Positions 1 through 10,972 of a stretch of 64,000 nt of DNA are shown piece by piece. The stretch comes from Methanomassiliicoccales archaeon (GTDB taxonomy: Archaea; Thermoplasmatota; Thermoplasmata; Methanomassiliicoccales; JACIVX01). Location: positions 10,899 to 74,898 of the forward strand of contig JAWCLO010000008.1 in the NCBI GenBank assembly GCA_038850735.1. The letters run 5' to 3'. The position numbers and the translations under genes are program-made. Under the pieces are notes generated by a model. That model ran no database searches, was not told the DNA's origin, and saw only the letters and a program-made list of their open reading frames with translations. Position 1 is the stretch's first letter, and each line of letters starts with the position of its first letter.

Positions 1-404
1 TGAACTCGGAAATCGTCATGGAAAGAGTCGATGGAGAGAGGGTGAAGGATGTGCTCTCACGTGTTATTGACCAACATAAAATTGATGAAATCTGTAGAGA
101 AATTGGCGGATTGGCTGCAAAGCTCCATAAAAATGGAATTGTACACGGCGACCTGACGACGTCAAACATGATTCTTAGAAATGGAAAGATATGGCTTATC
201 GACTTTTCTTTGGGAGAAAGAAATGCGAGAATTGAGGAACTTGGTGTCGACCTTCATTTGCTTAAAGAGGCGTTCTTATCAGCGCACTCAGAAATCTTCG
301 ATAAGTTCGAGATAGTTTTAGATGCATACAGGCAGGACTTCGAGGGTGCCGATGAGGTGATTAACCGAATGATAGATATTGAAAAGAGGGGGCGCTATAC
401 CTAA
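1..404 (+). CDS. bud32: Bud32/PRPK-type Kae1-associated kinase, 5'-truncated by the window edge
   Basis: The frame stays open to position 3 upstream of the listed Met (NSEIVMERVDG). Catalytic-loop motif HGDLTTSNMIL and C-terminal RGRY are typical of archaeal Bud32. Confidence 0.8.
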   Translation, partial: NSEIVMERVDGERVKDVLSRVIDQHKIDEICREIGGLAAKLHKNGIVHGDLTTSNMILRNGKIWLIDFSLGERNARIEELGVDLHLLKEAFLSAHSEIFDKFEIVLDAYRQDFEGADEVINRMIDIEKRGRYT

Positions 405-974
405 ATGAGGTTTTCTATCGTAACTTCAAATCAATGGAAAGTTGAAGAATTCAGAAATGCCATGGAACCGTTTGGTATAAAACTAGAAAAAAACAATTTG
501 GACTGTGAAGAGATACAGGCAGATTCGCTTCAGGAAGTTGTGAAACACTGCCTTCTCGATTTGAAAGAAAGAGGTGTCAAGAATGCCCTCCTAGACGACT
601 CGGGTCTTTTCATAAAACGATTGAACGGTTTTCCTGGTGTTTACTCATCGTATATTTACAAAACACTTGGGTGTAAGGGAATATTAAAACTGATGGAAGG
701 CGAGAATGATCGAGAAGCGTATTTCGAATGCTGCATCGGATGTATTTTGAATGAGGAGGAAATTCTCATCAGCGAGAGAACCTACGGAAGGATAGAGTGC
801 GAAATGAGAGGTACCAAGGGATTTGGATTCGATCCAATATTTGTACCCGACGGTGAGCGCAGAACATTCGCTGAGATGCCCATTGAGGAAAAGAATAAGA
901 TATCACACCGAGGCAAGGCAATCGCTTCATTGATAAAAACACTAATGGCTAAACACGTCGTTTCCGCCCGGTGA
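405..974 (+). CDS. Non-canonical purine NTP pyrophosphatase (Ham1/RdgB/ITPase family)
   Basis: Motifs FGFDPIF and SHRGKA. About 190 aa. The start abuts the bud32 stop. Confidence 0.85.
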   Translation: MRFSIVTSNQWKVEEFRNAMEPFGIKLEKNNLDCEEIQADSLQEVVKHCLLDLKERGVKNALLDDSGLFIKRLNGFPGVYSSYIYKTLGCKGILKLMEGENDREAYFECCIGCILNEEEILISERTYGRIECEMRGTKGFGFDPIFVPDGERRTFAEMPIEEKNKISHRGKAIASLIKTLMAKHVVSAR

Positions 975-978
975 TCAG

Positions 979-1944
979 ATGATACTTCAGAATAAAAGAG
1001 TAGTTTTAACAGGTTGCGCTGGGTTCATTGGTAGTCATCTTGCTGAGAGACTCGTTGAGATGAATAACCACGTTATTGGAATCGACAACTTCAGTGCTGG
1101 AAAAATAGAATTCCTGCGATCCCTAGAACATAAAGATGTTTTTGAGCTAATCAGAGGAGACATTTTGGCACTTGAGCTCGAGGATATTATTAAGGATGCT
1201 GATGTGATCTTTCACTTTGCAGCGAATCCCGATGTCAGAAAGGGTGCTCAAGATACTCGTATAGACCTTGATCAAAATGTCCTTGCAACATATCGAGTCC
1301 TGGAAGCAGCTAGAAAGCTGGAAATCCCGAGATTCGTTTTTCCATCAACATCGACAGTTTACGGAGAGCCGAGCATCATTCCGACTTCAGAGAATTATGG
1401 GCCACTTCTTCCCATCTCGCTATACGGCGCATCGAAACTTGCTAGCGAAGCGATGATCGCAGCATACTGCCATATGTTCAGTATGGAAGCCGTGATATAC
1501 CGATTTGCGAACGTTGTCGGTCCGAGGAGTACGCATAATGTCCTGCATGATTTTATATCGAAACTAAGAGAGACACCTAGACGATTGGAGATCCTCGGAT
1601 CCCCACCAGGTACGAAAAAGTCATACATTCACGTCTCTGATTGCATAGATGCAATGATTATGGGAGCTGAGAGAACCTCAACAGATACTGAGATCTTCAA
1701 CATTGGATCGGAAGATAGCATCACGGTGCAACAAATAGCAGACATCGTTGTTGACGAAATGGGCCTTAAAGGTGTCCAATATGTATGGACAGGGGGGGTC
1801 AAAGGGGGCAGGGGATGGGTAGGCGATGTAAAAGAAATGCTTCTCTCGATTGAGAAAATAAAGAAAATCGGATGGAGGCCGAAATTTAACAGTCGGGAGG
1901 CAGTAAGAAAGGCTGTGAGGGAGATGCTAGGTGAGTTGCGATGA
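979..1944 (+). CDS. NAD-dependent sugar epimerase/dehydratase (extended SDR)
   Basis: Rossmann motif TGCAGFIGSHL and catalytic YGASK. 321 aa. Confidence 0.85.
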   Translation: MILQNKRVVLTGCAGFIGSHLAERLVEMNNHVIGIDNFSAGKIEFLRSLEHKDVFELIRGDILALELEDIIKDADVIFHFAANPDVRKGAQDTRIDLDQNVLATYRVLEAARKLEIPRFVFPSTSTVYGEPSIIPTSENYGPLLPISLYGASKLASEAMIAAYCHMFSMEAVIYRFANVVGPRSTHNVLHDFISKLRETPRRLEILGSPPGTKKSYIHVSDCIDAMIMGAERTSTDTEIFNIGSEDSITVQQIADIVVDEMGLKGVQYVWTGGVKGGRGWVGDVKEMLLSIEKIKKIGWRPKFNSREAVRKAVREMLGELR

Positions 1945-2024
1945 AATCTCAAGAAATCCACTTAAAGATCCATTGATCTTAGCTTGAAAAAAAGTAAAAA
2001 TTTCATCGCATGATTTTGATGTCA

Positions 2025-3158
2025 TCATCGATCCTGTAGCGCGTCGATGCTTATCAGCCAGTTTGTTGATACAAACGTCCATAATTCATATTTTGTCAGT
2101 TCCGCCGCGTTCGAATTAGCCCTTATCGGGGATGCATTAGCCGGTAGACCGCCAGCATACATCGAACCTGCCGTATCTATGACTAACCAATAACCCATAT
2201 AATGGATTATGTGCATAGTGACGTTCGTCCCGTAATATGACCACAGGGATTCCTCTACATTCGCAAGTTCAGATTGATACATTGATATGAAAACAGTGGT
2301 AAAGGCATGTCCCTCTATGAAATTGATACGTGCGTTGCCCCCTAACGCAGTTATTATTGATGCTAGCAGAATTGCTTGATCTTCGCAATCTCCCCTTTTT
2401 CTCATAAGTGTCTCTTCTGCGCTTTGCCAAATATCGGTTTCATTTTCCTTTTCATATTCAATATGATCTCGAACCCATTGAAAAGCCCGTGCTATTTGCA
2501 AAGTTGAATAATTACCAGGTTCAGCATTTTTTATTTCTTTTACGACATCGCTAACAGCGGTGCAATTCACCAATGATTTTACTCGATTGAAGTAACTCAT
2601 GAGATTGCTTTTGATAAGATATTCTCGCTCAATTGCCAAAGGTTTAATAGCAACAGCCCTGTCCGCGCTTTCTACTTCACCATAATCGTACCATGCTGAG
2701 AAGGACGGATTTGAAACGCACAACTTCAGCACAATTGTGTACACGCCGACATCTCGATCAGATGGTGCGTAAAATTTGAGCAAGCCGATAGAGGCGTTTT
2801 CAGAGGGAAAAACGTATGCGCTCGTTGTTTTGAAATATTCTTCTGTGTAATTGACCCATTTCAAGCCATAGCCATAAACAAAGATCGCTGTCTGACCTTT
2901 GTTTCTTATCTCAAGAGACATAACCCCTCCATAGTATGCGTACACATCGCTGATTTCCCATCGTAACGAGTAAGTGTATACTTGCGGTTTGGAGGTGAGA
3001 GAGGATGGGAAGTCAATTGGTATCTCATTCTCCTGAACAATGCATGGCGCCTTTAGATCTGAGTCATTGAAGCCCTCAACAGCTGGATCAATCAAACAGC
3101 AAAAAACAAAAGATGCTAGTAGAACAATAGAAGCCGCGATAGCAAATGCCCTTCTCAT
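2025..3158 (-). CDS. Secreted or membrane-anchored transglutaminase-like cysteine protease domain protein
   Basis: N-terminal hydrophobic signal/anchor (AIAASIVLLASFVFCCL). Transglutaminase-core Cys context RGDCEDQAILLASI. Several N-x-S/T sequons. Confidence 0.6.
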   Translation of the reverse strand: MRRAFAIAASIVLLASFVFCCLIDPAVEGFNDSDLKAPCIVQENEIPIDFPSSLTSKPQVYTYSLRWEISDVYAYYGGVMSLEIRNKGQTAIFVYGYGLKWVNYTEEYFKTTSAYVFPSENASIGLLKFYAPSDRDVGVYTIVLKLCVSNPSFSAWYDYGEVESADRAVAIKPLAIEREYLIKSNLMSYFNRVKSLVNCTAVSDVVKEIKNAEPGNYSTLQIARAFQWVRDHIEYEKENETDIWQSAEETLMRKRGDCEDQAILLASIITALGGNARINFIEGHAFTTVFISMYQSELANVEESLWSYYGTNVTMHIIHYMGYWLVIDTAGSMYAGGLPANASPIRANSNAAELTKYELWTFVSTNWLISIDALQDR

Positions 3159-3322
3159 CGATTATCTATCCTCATCCGAGATAAAGACCTCAGGAAAAAT
3201 AAATCTGACCATCTGAAATCATTCATTAACTTAATGATTCGAGGCTCTGCTACATTTTTGTAATTCTCATAGCAACTGTAAGGAAATATTTATTTTAGAC
3301 CGCCTCATTCCCTCAGCATAAT

Positions 3323-3397
3323 GGGGCCGTGGGGTAGCTTGGTCCATCCTTCGGGCTTTGGGAGCCTGAGACCCCGATTCAAATTCGGGCGGCCCCA
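3323..3397 (+). tRNA. tRNA-Pro (anticodon TGG), no encoded CCA
   Basis: Hand-folded cloverleaf. Acceptor GGGGCCG/CGGCCCC. Anticodon stem CGGGC/GCCTG with loop TT-TGG-GA. T arm CCCGA-TTCAAAT-TCGGG. Discriminator A. Confidence 0.9.
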
Positions 3398-3736
3398 TTT
3401 AGTCTCGAATGAATAATCGAGATCGCTGAGACGGTCAAGGTTTCCAATGCGACTTCCCGTTTATTATATGACAATTGCATGGCCGATTTATGCGCATTGA
3501 TCCATTAATTGTCAATTTTCTTGAAAAGAAGGACTAAGAGAAAGTAAAGACCCCAATACACTCATTGAAGGATTGCCCCTAAAAATGGTTTTCCGGTAGA
3601 TCATTCTCGATGAAGATTTAACGTAAATGAATATATGTGTTCCTCTTTTCTGAGGCCATCAGAATAAACAGAATATTGCGGGAAATGAATGCCAACAATC
3701 ATGCCGATCGAGAAAAAAGAAAAGGGAAGAAATGGT

Positions 3737-4117
3737 TTACTCAATTTTCCACTTTGACGCCACTTTCACTATTAGGAAAATCACGAATGCCACTATCAAG
3801 AATGTGATCAGAGCAACGAGAAAGCTTCCGATCCCAAAGTATTGAGTGCCGACTTGGAATGTTAGCGTCGAAAGATTCTCTATACCAGGAAGCACAAGAC
3901 CAATGAGCGGCATCAGAAGATCCTTAACCAGCGATTGAACCAATACACCAAGGTACAAACCCAAAATGAAGGCAACAGCAAGCCCGAGAACCTTATATTT
4001 TGATATAAAATCCTTGAATTCGGCCCGTAGACCCTTCGGAGGCGGCGGTGCAGGTTTCGGTTCAAGAATTTCCCTTATCTTCTTCAGCTCCTGAAGCATT
4101 GCGTCTTCCTTTTCCAT
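3737..4117 (-). CDS. mscL: Large-conductance mechanosensitive channel MscL
   Basis: 126 aa with two TM helices. The TM1 region GLAVAFILGLYLGVLVQSLVKDLLMPLIG resembles MscL. Confidence 0.7.
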   Translation of the reverse strand: MEKEDAMLQELKKIREILEPKPAPPPPKGLRAEFKDFISKYKVLGLAVAFILGLYLGVLVQSLVKDLLMPLIGLVLPGIENLSTLTFQVGTQYFGIGSFLVALITFLIVAFVIFLIVKVASKWKIE

Positions 4118-4560
4118 GAGTTAGTAATTAGCATTAAATTTTATATAAATGCTTTCAGAGCTGGTTACACCATCCATCTGAATACGCTCATAATCGCTTG
4201 AATAAACTGGAAAGAAAGGAAGAACTCCATGGAAATTAATGCCGGAATTTACAAAAAATCTCCAGTTATGTTCTTCTTGATTAGATTCTTTGTTTACCTT
4301 CATTAAAATCTCAAATTGACCAGACTTATGAATTAAACAGCAATGAATTTGATCATATATAAGAAATAATAAATAAATTGGAGCTGGCTAAAATTTATAG
4401 ATAGTGAATAATGAAGCTCCGATTTGTTACCTGCTTATAAATCGTATTTTCCTAGGTTAATTAGCCTGAAGCGAATTCCAATTTGAGAGTCATTCACAAT
4501 CAAAATAAGATATGGAAAAGAGAAAAATAAACAAGGATACAAAAAATCATTCTCAGCGGC

Positions 4561-6024
4561 TCAAACATCATAGTAAAGAACAAACTCGTAGGGATGTGGT
4601 CGTAGCCTGACTTGATCATACTCTTTTCTTAATTTATAATCGATCCAGGTATCAATCAAATCTTTTGTAAATACACCTCCTTTCAATAGGAATTCATGAT
4701 CGTTCGCAAGTGCGTTCAAAGCATCATCGAGAGAACCTGGGACAGTCCTTATCTTTTTCGCTTTTTCCTTTGATAATTCAAATATATCAACATCCAGTGG
4801 TTCGCCAGGATCTATCCGCCTTTCTATTCCATCAATTCCGGCCATTAATATGGCAGCAAAGGCAAGATAAGGATTGCAACTTGGATCAGGAGGTCTGTAC
4901 TCGATGCGTTTCGATTTCGGATTCTGCGATGATACTGGGATTCTTATCGCTGCACTTCTGTTTCTCTGAGAATATACAAGATTCACGGGTGCCTCATAGC
5001 CCGGAACAAGCCTTCTATAGGAATTGGTGGTAGGAGAAGTAAGGGCAAGTAACGCTGGGGAATGGGTAAGTAATCCGCCAATAAAGTACATTGCGATGAG
5101 GCTTAATTGGGCATAGCCTTCTGCGTCATAAAACAGATTCACGTTATTCTTTGATAGGCTTATGTGAACATGCATTCCAGATCCATTATCTTGAAAGAGT
5201 GGCTTTGGCATGAAAGTCACTGTCTTATTTTGCTCCTTTGCGAGATTCTTCAAGATGTACTTATATAACACAAGGTGATCTGCCATTTTTACAAGCGACT
5301 GAAATTTTATGCCGATTTCACATTGACCACCAGTTGCTACTTCGTGATGGTGAACCTCCACATCAATTCCTGCTGCAGTCAATTTCGAGACAGCCTCTGA
5401 TCTGAACTCCATCAAAGAATCTATCGGCGGTGCTGGAAAATAACCCTCCTTGTACCGGGGCCTGTATCCCAGATTTGATCCTTCGCGTCCTGAATTCCAT
5501 GCACCTTCATGTGAATCTATGAAATAATATCCAGAGTTTTGGTTATGATCGAATCTAACGGAATCGAAAACGAAAAACTCTGCTTCTGGACCGAAGAACG
5601 CCGAGTCAGCTATGCCCTTTGATTTCATATAATTCTCTGCCTTCTGTGCAATATACCTTGGATCACGCCAGTATCGTTCCTTTGTGACTGGATCAAATAC
5701 ATTACAGATGAAGGATGCTGTGGGTGTCTTGCAAACTGGATCGATAAAGACAGTATTAATATCTGGAATAAGTATCATGTCGCTCTCATGAATTTCTGCA
5801 AAACCCCTTATGCTGGATCCATCGAAACCTATCCCTTCCTCAAGCAATCCAGTATTTAACCGTTGTGAAGGAATTGTTATATGTTGCAGTGTCCCTGGGA
5901 GATCTGTAAATTTAAAATCTACCATCTTAATTTCGCCCGTTTCGCAGAGAGATAGGATGTGGGATATCTTCGGCTTCTCTGCAGGAGCTTTTTCATCTCT
6001 CAAGTGAAATCGCTTTTCGAGCAA
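4561..6024 (-). CDS. glnA: Glutamine synthetase type I
   Basis: 487 aa. GS beta-grasp N-terminus ([10 protein letters not shown]), [10 protein letters not shown] and [13 protein letters not shown] motifs. Confidence 0.95.
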   Translation of the reverse strand: MLEKRFHLRDEKAPAEKPKISHILSLCETGEIKMVDFKFTDLPGTLQHITIPSQRLNTGLLEEGIGFDGSSIRGFAEIHESDMILIPDINTVFIDPVCKTPTASFICNVFDPVTKERYWRDPRYIAQKAENYMKSKGIADSAFFGPEAEFFVFDSVRFDHNQNSGYYFIDSHEGAWNSGREGSNLGYRPRYKEGYFPAPPIDSLMEFRSEAVSKLTAAGIDVEVHHHEVATGGQCEIGIKFQSLVKMADHLVLYKYILKNLAKEQNKTVTFMPKPLFQDNGSGMHVHISLSKNNVNLFYDAEGYAQLSLIAMYFIGGLLTHSPALLALTSPTTNSYRRLVPGYEAPVNLVYSQRNRSAAIRIPVSSQNPKSKRIEYRPPDPSCNPYLAFAAILMAGIDGIERRIDPGEPLDVDIFELSKEKAKKIRTVPGSLDDALNALANDHEFLLKGGVFTKDLIDTWIDYKLRKEYDQVRLRPHPYEFVLYYDV

Positions 6025-7421
6025 ACTTCATCACTCCGCGTCTTTGATGGATTTGTTGATAATCCCGATGATGCGCCACCTAGCGCAGGCAATTTCTTTA
6101 TCATATCTTCAAGTTTCAAACCAGTCAATGACTCTACTACAACAGGCAATTGGGAAATTATTCTTGTAATGTCATTAGTAAGCTTATTCGCACCTGCTGT
6201 AGTTCCGTCGTTTGAGATAATGATGACTTTATCAGTCTTTGATAGCGGAGCTGCAACCGCCTCTGCGAGTTCGGGCATAATTTGGATGAGCATCGAAGCG
6301 ATGGCGGCTTCGTTGTATTGCCTCCAAGCGTTTGCTTTTTTCTCCATTGTTTCTGCTTCAGATCTTCCCTTCTCCCGGATTACATCGGCCTCGGCGATAC
6401 CCGTGCTCTTTATAAACACGGATTTACCTTCTGCTTCTCTAAGCATCTTGATTTTATCGGCTTCTGCTATCTTTTCAGTCTTTATCCTTTCGGCCTCAGC
6501 AGGTTCAATGATTTCTGCTGCTAGTTCTAGCCTCTTTCTCGCAATTTCTTTTTCTGCGAGCGCTGCCATGAGTTCCTTTTCTACAATTCCCACACGAATC
6601 TCTTCCTCTTTAACAAGTTGTTCTGTTTTGAATTTCTGCAACTCGTATGCCAAATCGGATGCTGCCTTTTTCTGCGCGATTTCCGCATCGAGTTCAGCCT
6701 TTCTCACCTCATAATCTCTCTTTGCCGATTCTATATTAATGTCCGCTTGGTATCGAACTCTCTTAGCTTCCTCTTCAGCTATTGCTTCTCCTATAAGAGC
6801 GTCACGTTTTACTTGAGCGATCTTTGGACGTCCCAAGGAATCCAAATATCCCTGAGAGTCGGTAATGCTTCTTATAGTCAATGATAAGATCTCTAGTCCC
6901 ATTCTGCTTAAATCACAAGTTGAAGCAACTTTGACCTTTTCTGCAAATTCTTTTCTCTTTTGATAGATCTCTTCTGGTACGGAAGCGCTTATCGTCGCCC
7001 TCATATGTCCTTCTATTACATTATAGGCTGTTTTCAAAATATCATCTCTGGACTTTGACAGGAAGTGCTCGGCTGCCATTATTATCGATGGTTCGTCTCC
7101 TCGAATTTTAATTTGTGCTGTGGCTTCCACTGTAATAGGGACACCGTGGATCGAATAAACATCCTGCGTGCGTACTTCGAGATTCATTAGTTCCAGTGAC
7201 ATTTTGCGCACTTGTTCGATAATTGGCCAAACAAATGTTCCTCCTCCCTTAACTATTCTGAAGCCAGTAGTCTTCGTTTCAGCTTTATCGCGTATTCTTC
7301 TCTTTCTACCAGAGATTATAAGTACTTCATTAGGCCCACATTTTGTATATTTCGCAGCCCATACCAGTACTAACACGGCAGATATGGCTAAAATTCCTCC
7401 TATAAACCCATAATCAATCAC
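6000..7421 (-). CDS. Flotillin (SPFH/Band-7 domain plus long EA-rich coiled coil)
   Basis: N-terminal TM helix, an SPFH domain, then an E/A/K-rich flotillin repeat region. 473 aa. The stop lies 25 nt inside the glnA start. Confidence 0.85.
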   Translation of the reverse strand: MIDYGFIGGILAISAVLVLVWAAKYTKCGPNEVLIISGRKRRIRDKAETKTTGFRIVKGGGTFVWPIIEQVRKMSLELMNLEVRTQDVYSIHGVPITVEATAQIKIRGDEPSIIMAAEHFLSKSRDDILKTAYNVIEGHMRATISASVPEEIYQKRKEFAEKVKVASTCDLSRMGLEILSLTIRSITDSQGYLDSLGRPKIAQVKRDALIGEAIAEEEAKRVRYQADINIESAKRDYEVRKAELDAEIAQKKAASDLAYELQKFKTEQLVKEEEIRVGIVEKELMAALAEKEIARKRLELAAEIIEPAEAERIKTEKIAEADKIKMLREAEGKSVFIKSTGIAEADVIREKGRSEAETMEKKANAWRQYNEAAIASMLIQIMPELAEAVAAPLSKTDKVIIISNDGTTAGANKLTNDITRIISQLPVVVESLTGLKLEDMIKKLPALGGASSGLSTNPSKTRSDEVCSKSDFT

Positions 7422-8386
7422 GCTGATTCCCTCCTTATTTGCTCTAATTCAACAGAAGCTGAACCGCTAACAATTCCCAATTCATTGAGAATCCTCGTCA
7501 CATTACTCCGGAGCTTTTCCAAGTCCTCCCCAACGTAGATCCTTGGTCTTTCAGCTCCCAAAAGGATGTTGTCGATCTTATATACGGGGATGATATTGCG
7601 CTTACCCTCGCTGTAGTATCCCAACGAGGCTTCTGTACTCAAAAGAGTTTTTTTCAACTCTTTCCAAAAGAAATCATCCACTCTGTCCGCATAAAGGACC
7701 ATATTGGGAGAAAATGAGTGCTTCTGATTCAAGAATGAATTCACCGCATACCAGAGCTTAGCCAATTCAGAAATTTCAAATCTTTGTGATGGTTTGTTTA
7801 CGACGTCGAATATCAAAGACCTTATACCCACAAAGTCTTTGTGCGAGAATATTGGAAGCCACACTCTCTTTCGTGCGTCTCTAATAACCATCGCTGTAAG
7901 ATACAAAGATAAATCAGCCCAGAGAAAAAGTCCGAGGGTGACTTCAGCCTCGGATGAAATGATCTTTTTCGAAAGTAAATAATTTGTGCATTTTTCGAAT
8001 ACCTCGCCGATATCAGACCCAGTAATAAGCCTTTCATTTATTTCTATTGTTAATTTGTCGCCTTTTAGATATATTGGGAATCTTGTTCCAGTCGGAATGA
8101 TGAGTGAGTAGTATGGAAGAGTGCCCTGTCCCTTGAGCAGCTCGATTGCTTCATTAACGGCCCCAAGCAACATCTGGAGATTTCCTTTTTCGATCTTGTA
8201 TCCCGCAATTTCTACTGAATAAATTTCTTTCAATAAGGGATGTAGACTGTTTGGCTTCCAGTATACAGGAAGACATGCAGAACGACCGGGTACAATATCT
8301 CCAAGATCCACTTTCAAGAAATATCTAGGCGCTATTTCACCGATTTCATAATCAAGATTCTTGCAAACCTCTATTTGGGGGCTCAC
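7418..8386 (-). CDS. Hypothetical protein (322 aa), no recognisable motif
   Basis: Long ORF with 4-nt start/stop overlaps to both the upstream PII gene and the downstream flotillin gene. I recognise no family. Confidence 0.6.
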   Translation of the reverse strand: MSPQIEVCKNLDYEIGEIAPRYFLKVDLGDIVPGRSACLPVYWKPNSLHPLLKEIYSVEIAGYKIEKGNLQMLLGAVNEAIELLKGQGTLPYYSLIIPTGTRFPIYLKGDKLTIEINERLITGSDIGEVFEKCTNYLLSKKIISSEAEVTLGLFLWADLSLYLTAMVIRDARKRVWLPIFSHKDFVGIRSLIFDVVNKPSQRFEISELAKLWYAVNSFLNQKHSFSPNMVLYADRVDDFFWKELKKTLLSTEASLGYYSEGKRNIIPVYKIDNILLGAERPRIYVGEDLEKLRSNVTRILNELGIVSGSASVELEQIRRESA

Positions 8387-8730
8387 AGTACATCCTCTCC
8401 TTCTTCTCCCGTACGTATCCTTATTGCTCTCTCAACGGGTGAGACAAAAATTATGCCGTCACCTACATTCCCTGTCCATGCGTGTTTCATTATCTCGCTA
8501 CAAGCCGCTGAAACGAACTCATCCTTCACAAAGGTCTCAAGTTTCGCCTTGGGTACTCCCGCTTGAGAATATTCATAGGCCCTCCACTGTTGTTTGAAAT
8601 CCTTCTGCTCACCAATTCCTACCACACCAAGAATTGTCATGCCTGATATGCCAATTGATTCCAACGCATTCTTCACATGCCCAAGCCTTTCGGGTCTCAG
8701 TACAGCCTCGATCTTTTTCACAGATTTCAC
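8383..8730 (-). CDS. PII-family signal protein with a divergent T-loop
   Basis: PII core is present (KKIEAVLRPERL ... GDGIIFVSPVERAIRIRTGEEG). The T-loop reads GIGEQKDFKQQWRAYEYSQAGVPK instead of the usual GRGxQKG...Y pattern. Confidence 0.75.
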   Translation of the reverse strand: MKSVKKIEAVLRPERLGHVKNALESIGISGMTILGVVGIGEQKDFKQQWRAYEYSQAGVPKAKLETFVKDEFVSAACSEIMKHAWTGNVGDGIIFVSPVERAIRIRTGEEGEDVL

Positions 8731-9125
8731 CCCCTTGGTACTGATTTTTCTTGTTCTAGACCTGTATAGCTTGAAACGGTTGCGATCGCGATTTCTCCGC
8801 TTTCACCAGTGCGAATTTTCTTGGCATTTTCAACTGGAAGAACGAATATTTTACCATCACCGATTTCACCAGTTCTCGCAGCTCTGCAGATCGACGATAT
8901 TATTCGATCGACATCACTATCAGCTACGACAACTTCGATCTTAATTTTCGGAAGAAGATCAATGCGATAGGTTCCCACTCTATGCGAAAATTCAAGACCT
9001 CTCTGCTGGCCCCTACCTTTTACTTCGTAGGTTGTTAGCCCTGGAATTCCTGTTTTTTCGAGTTCCTCTTTTACTAATGCAAATCTTTCTTTCCTGATTA
9101 TCGCCTCAATTTTCTTCATCACCAA
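8727..9125 (-). CDS. glnK: PII nitrogen regulatory protein (GlnK-like) with a short C-terminal extension
   Basis: Canonical PII sequence: KKIEAIIRKERF, T-loop GRGQQRG, GDGKIFVLPVENAKKIRTGE. It lies directly downstream of amt. Confidence 0.9.
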   Translation of the reverse strand: MVMKKIEAIIRKERFALVKEELEKTGIPGLTTYEVKGRGQQRGLEFSHRVGTYRIDLLPKIKIEVVVADSDVDRIISSICRAARTGEIGDGKIFVLPVENAKKIRTGESGEIAIATVSSYTGLEQEKSVPRG

Positions 9126-9134
9126 CCTCCATTA

Positions 9135-10448
9135 TTACGAATACGCACTTTCCCCATGCTGAATAATATCCGCACCTATTCTCTCCTCATCCTTGGTCAA
9201 TCTAATCTGTGTGAATAGACCAATCATTTTCATCAGAACAAATGTCATAACGAATGAATATACCCAGACGGAAATTATCGCAATCACTTGAGCCATGAAC
9301 AGATCAGTATTACCCGAGATTAGCCCATCATTTCCTGCAGAATTTACCGCAGTGGTCGCGAAGATGCCTGTAGCTAATGCTCCCCAGGTTCCTCCAATAC
9401 CATGTACTCCCCATACATCAAGCGCATCATCCACTGCAATTTTTCGCCTTGCTATTATGCCTAGATAACAAGAAATGCCTGCCCCGATTCCTATGATAAT
9501 AGATCCAGCAACATCGACAAACCCAGCTGCCGGAGTGATTGCGACAAGCCCTGCAACGCCACCGGTGATTAATCCCAACACTCCTGGTCTGCCCATGTGC
9601 AACCAACTAATGAATCCCCATGTAATCGCTCCAGTTGCCGCAGCAACTTGAGTTACAACAAAGGCATTTACAGCAATTTCGTTTGCAGCAAGTGCACTCC
9701 CAGCATTAAATCCAAACCATCCTATCCAAAGGAGCGCACCTCCAAGCACAACCATTGGAATGTTGTGCGGCACTTCGATACCGTGTCCGATAGTGTATCT
9801 CTTTCCAAGTACCAGCGCTGCTGCGAGAGCTGAAACCCCTGATGCAATGTGAACAACCGTACCGCCGGCAAAATCCAAGGCACCTAACTTACCTATCCAT
9901 CCTCCGTTTCCCCACACCCAGTGAGCTATCGGGACATACACGATGAGCGTCCATAAGATAACAAATGCTATTAAGGCCCGTAATCTCATGCGCTCTGCAA
10001 TTGCACCAAGAATCAAATTGACAGTAATAATTGCGAAAACACATTGAAAAATCATGTATGCGAGATGCGGGATGGAAGTCGCGTAGATTCCACTCGGTTG
10101 CAGGCCAACTCCCAACAAAATGACGTGGTCTAAATTGCCTATAACCCCGCTTACGTCCTGTCCAAATGCCAAAGAATAACCGACGACGACCCAAACGATT
10201 GTGACTATGCCTATAACAAGGATGCATTGGGCCAATATTGAGAGTACACTTTCTTTTCGCAACATTCCACCATAAAATAAAGCAACACCCGGTGACATTA
10301 TGAAAACAAGTGCCGTTGACACTAGAATCCATGCGGTGTCCGCTTCATCCACTTGATTTCCTTCGGCCGATACGACTGGACACATTAGGACAAGAAAGGA
10401 GATACCGAGCAGGGCAATCAGCGTATAATTGAGCCAGCCACGTTTCAT
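9135..10448 (-). CDS. amt: Ammonium transporter Amt
   Basis: 437 aa polytopic membrane protein. Amt signatures DFAGGTVVHIASG and WGVHGIGGTWGA. Confidence 0.95.
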   Translation of the reverse strand: MKRGWLNYTLIALLGISFLVLMCPVVSAEGNQVDEADTAWILVSTALVFIMSPGVALFYGGMLRKESVLSILAQCILVIGIVTIVWVVVGYSLAFGQDVSGVIGNLDHVILLGVGLQPSGIYATSIPHLAYMIFQCVFAIITVNLILGAIAERMRLRALIAFVILWTLIVYVPIAHWVWGNGGWIGKLGALDFAGGTVVHIASGVSALAAALVLGKRYTIGHGIEVPHNIPMVVLGGALLWIGWFGFNAGSALAANEIAVNAFVVTQVAAATGAITWGFISWLHMGRPGVLGLITGGVAGLVAITPAAGFVDVAGSIIIGIGAGISCYLGIIARRKIAVDDALDVWGVHGIGGTWGALATGIFATTAVNSAGNDGLISGNTDLFMAQVIAIISVWVYSFVMTFVLMKMIGLFTQIRLTKDEERIGADIIQHGESAYS

Positions 10449-10972
10449 AAAGCTCGCCCCAATACTACTTTTTTGTTCGATTTATTCAGTCGCTGCATTC
10501 CAACTTTCTTGCGATATTTAATTTCATCATGTACAATTAAATTGAACATGTGTAGATGATTATACAAAGTAATATATATCTGCTATCTTAATGAATTATA
10601 TTGCAAATATACGACTAGATAATGTAAAAATGAATAATATATCGGATCAAATTGCAGTTATCATCTATTTAAGAACCTGAGAACTTACTAAAATTTTCAA
10701 ATCGCGATTAACCCGCCTCGAAACGCTTAGGTCGATTGCGGAATAAGATTAGTGACTTTTGAACAAAGCAAGTAGGCAATAATTGTATTAAATCAAGAGG
10801 GAGCTCTGAATTTTAGTATTGTGATTTTGTTGCCCTCATTTTATAGCGCAACCTATCAATAGTCAATTTATAAACGGTAATTCGATTAAATCATGAATTC
10901 TGAAATATTCGGAAAAAATTCCATGAATTTTGACAAATAAAATTTATGTTATTTTTTAATGATTAATTATGC

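Noticed and set aside
4121-4303. 60-aa - strand ORF between glnA and mscL.
   Set aside because: It lies in an AT-rich spacer, has no RBS or motif, and occupies the likely mscL promoter region.
5959-6714. 251-aa + strand ORF, Ser/Ala-rich and low complexity.
   Set aside because: It lies entirely antisense to flotillin/glnA. Its composition mirrors the E/A/K-rich flotillin coiled coil, so it is a shadow ORF.
9889-10332. 147-aa same-strand, alternative-frame ORF inside amt.
   Set aside because: It is fully embedded in the well-supported Amt reading frame and has no independent signal.
10911-10922. GGAAAAAATTCC palindrome, considered as an NrpR-type nitrogen operator for the amt operon.
   Set aside because: The spacing is GGAA-n4-TTCC rather than the n6 known for NrpR. 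It lies about 460 nt from the amt start, next to the 3' end of fprA.
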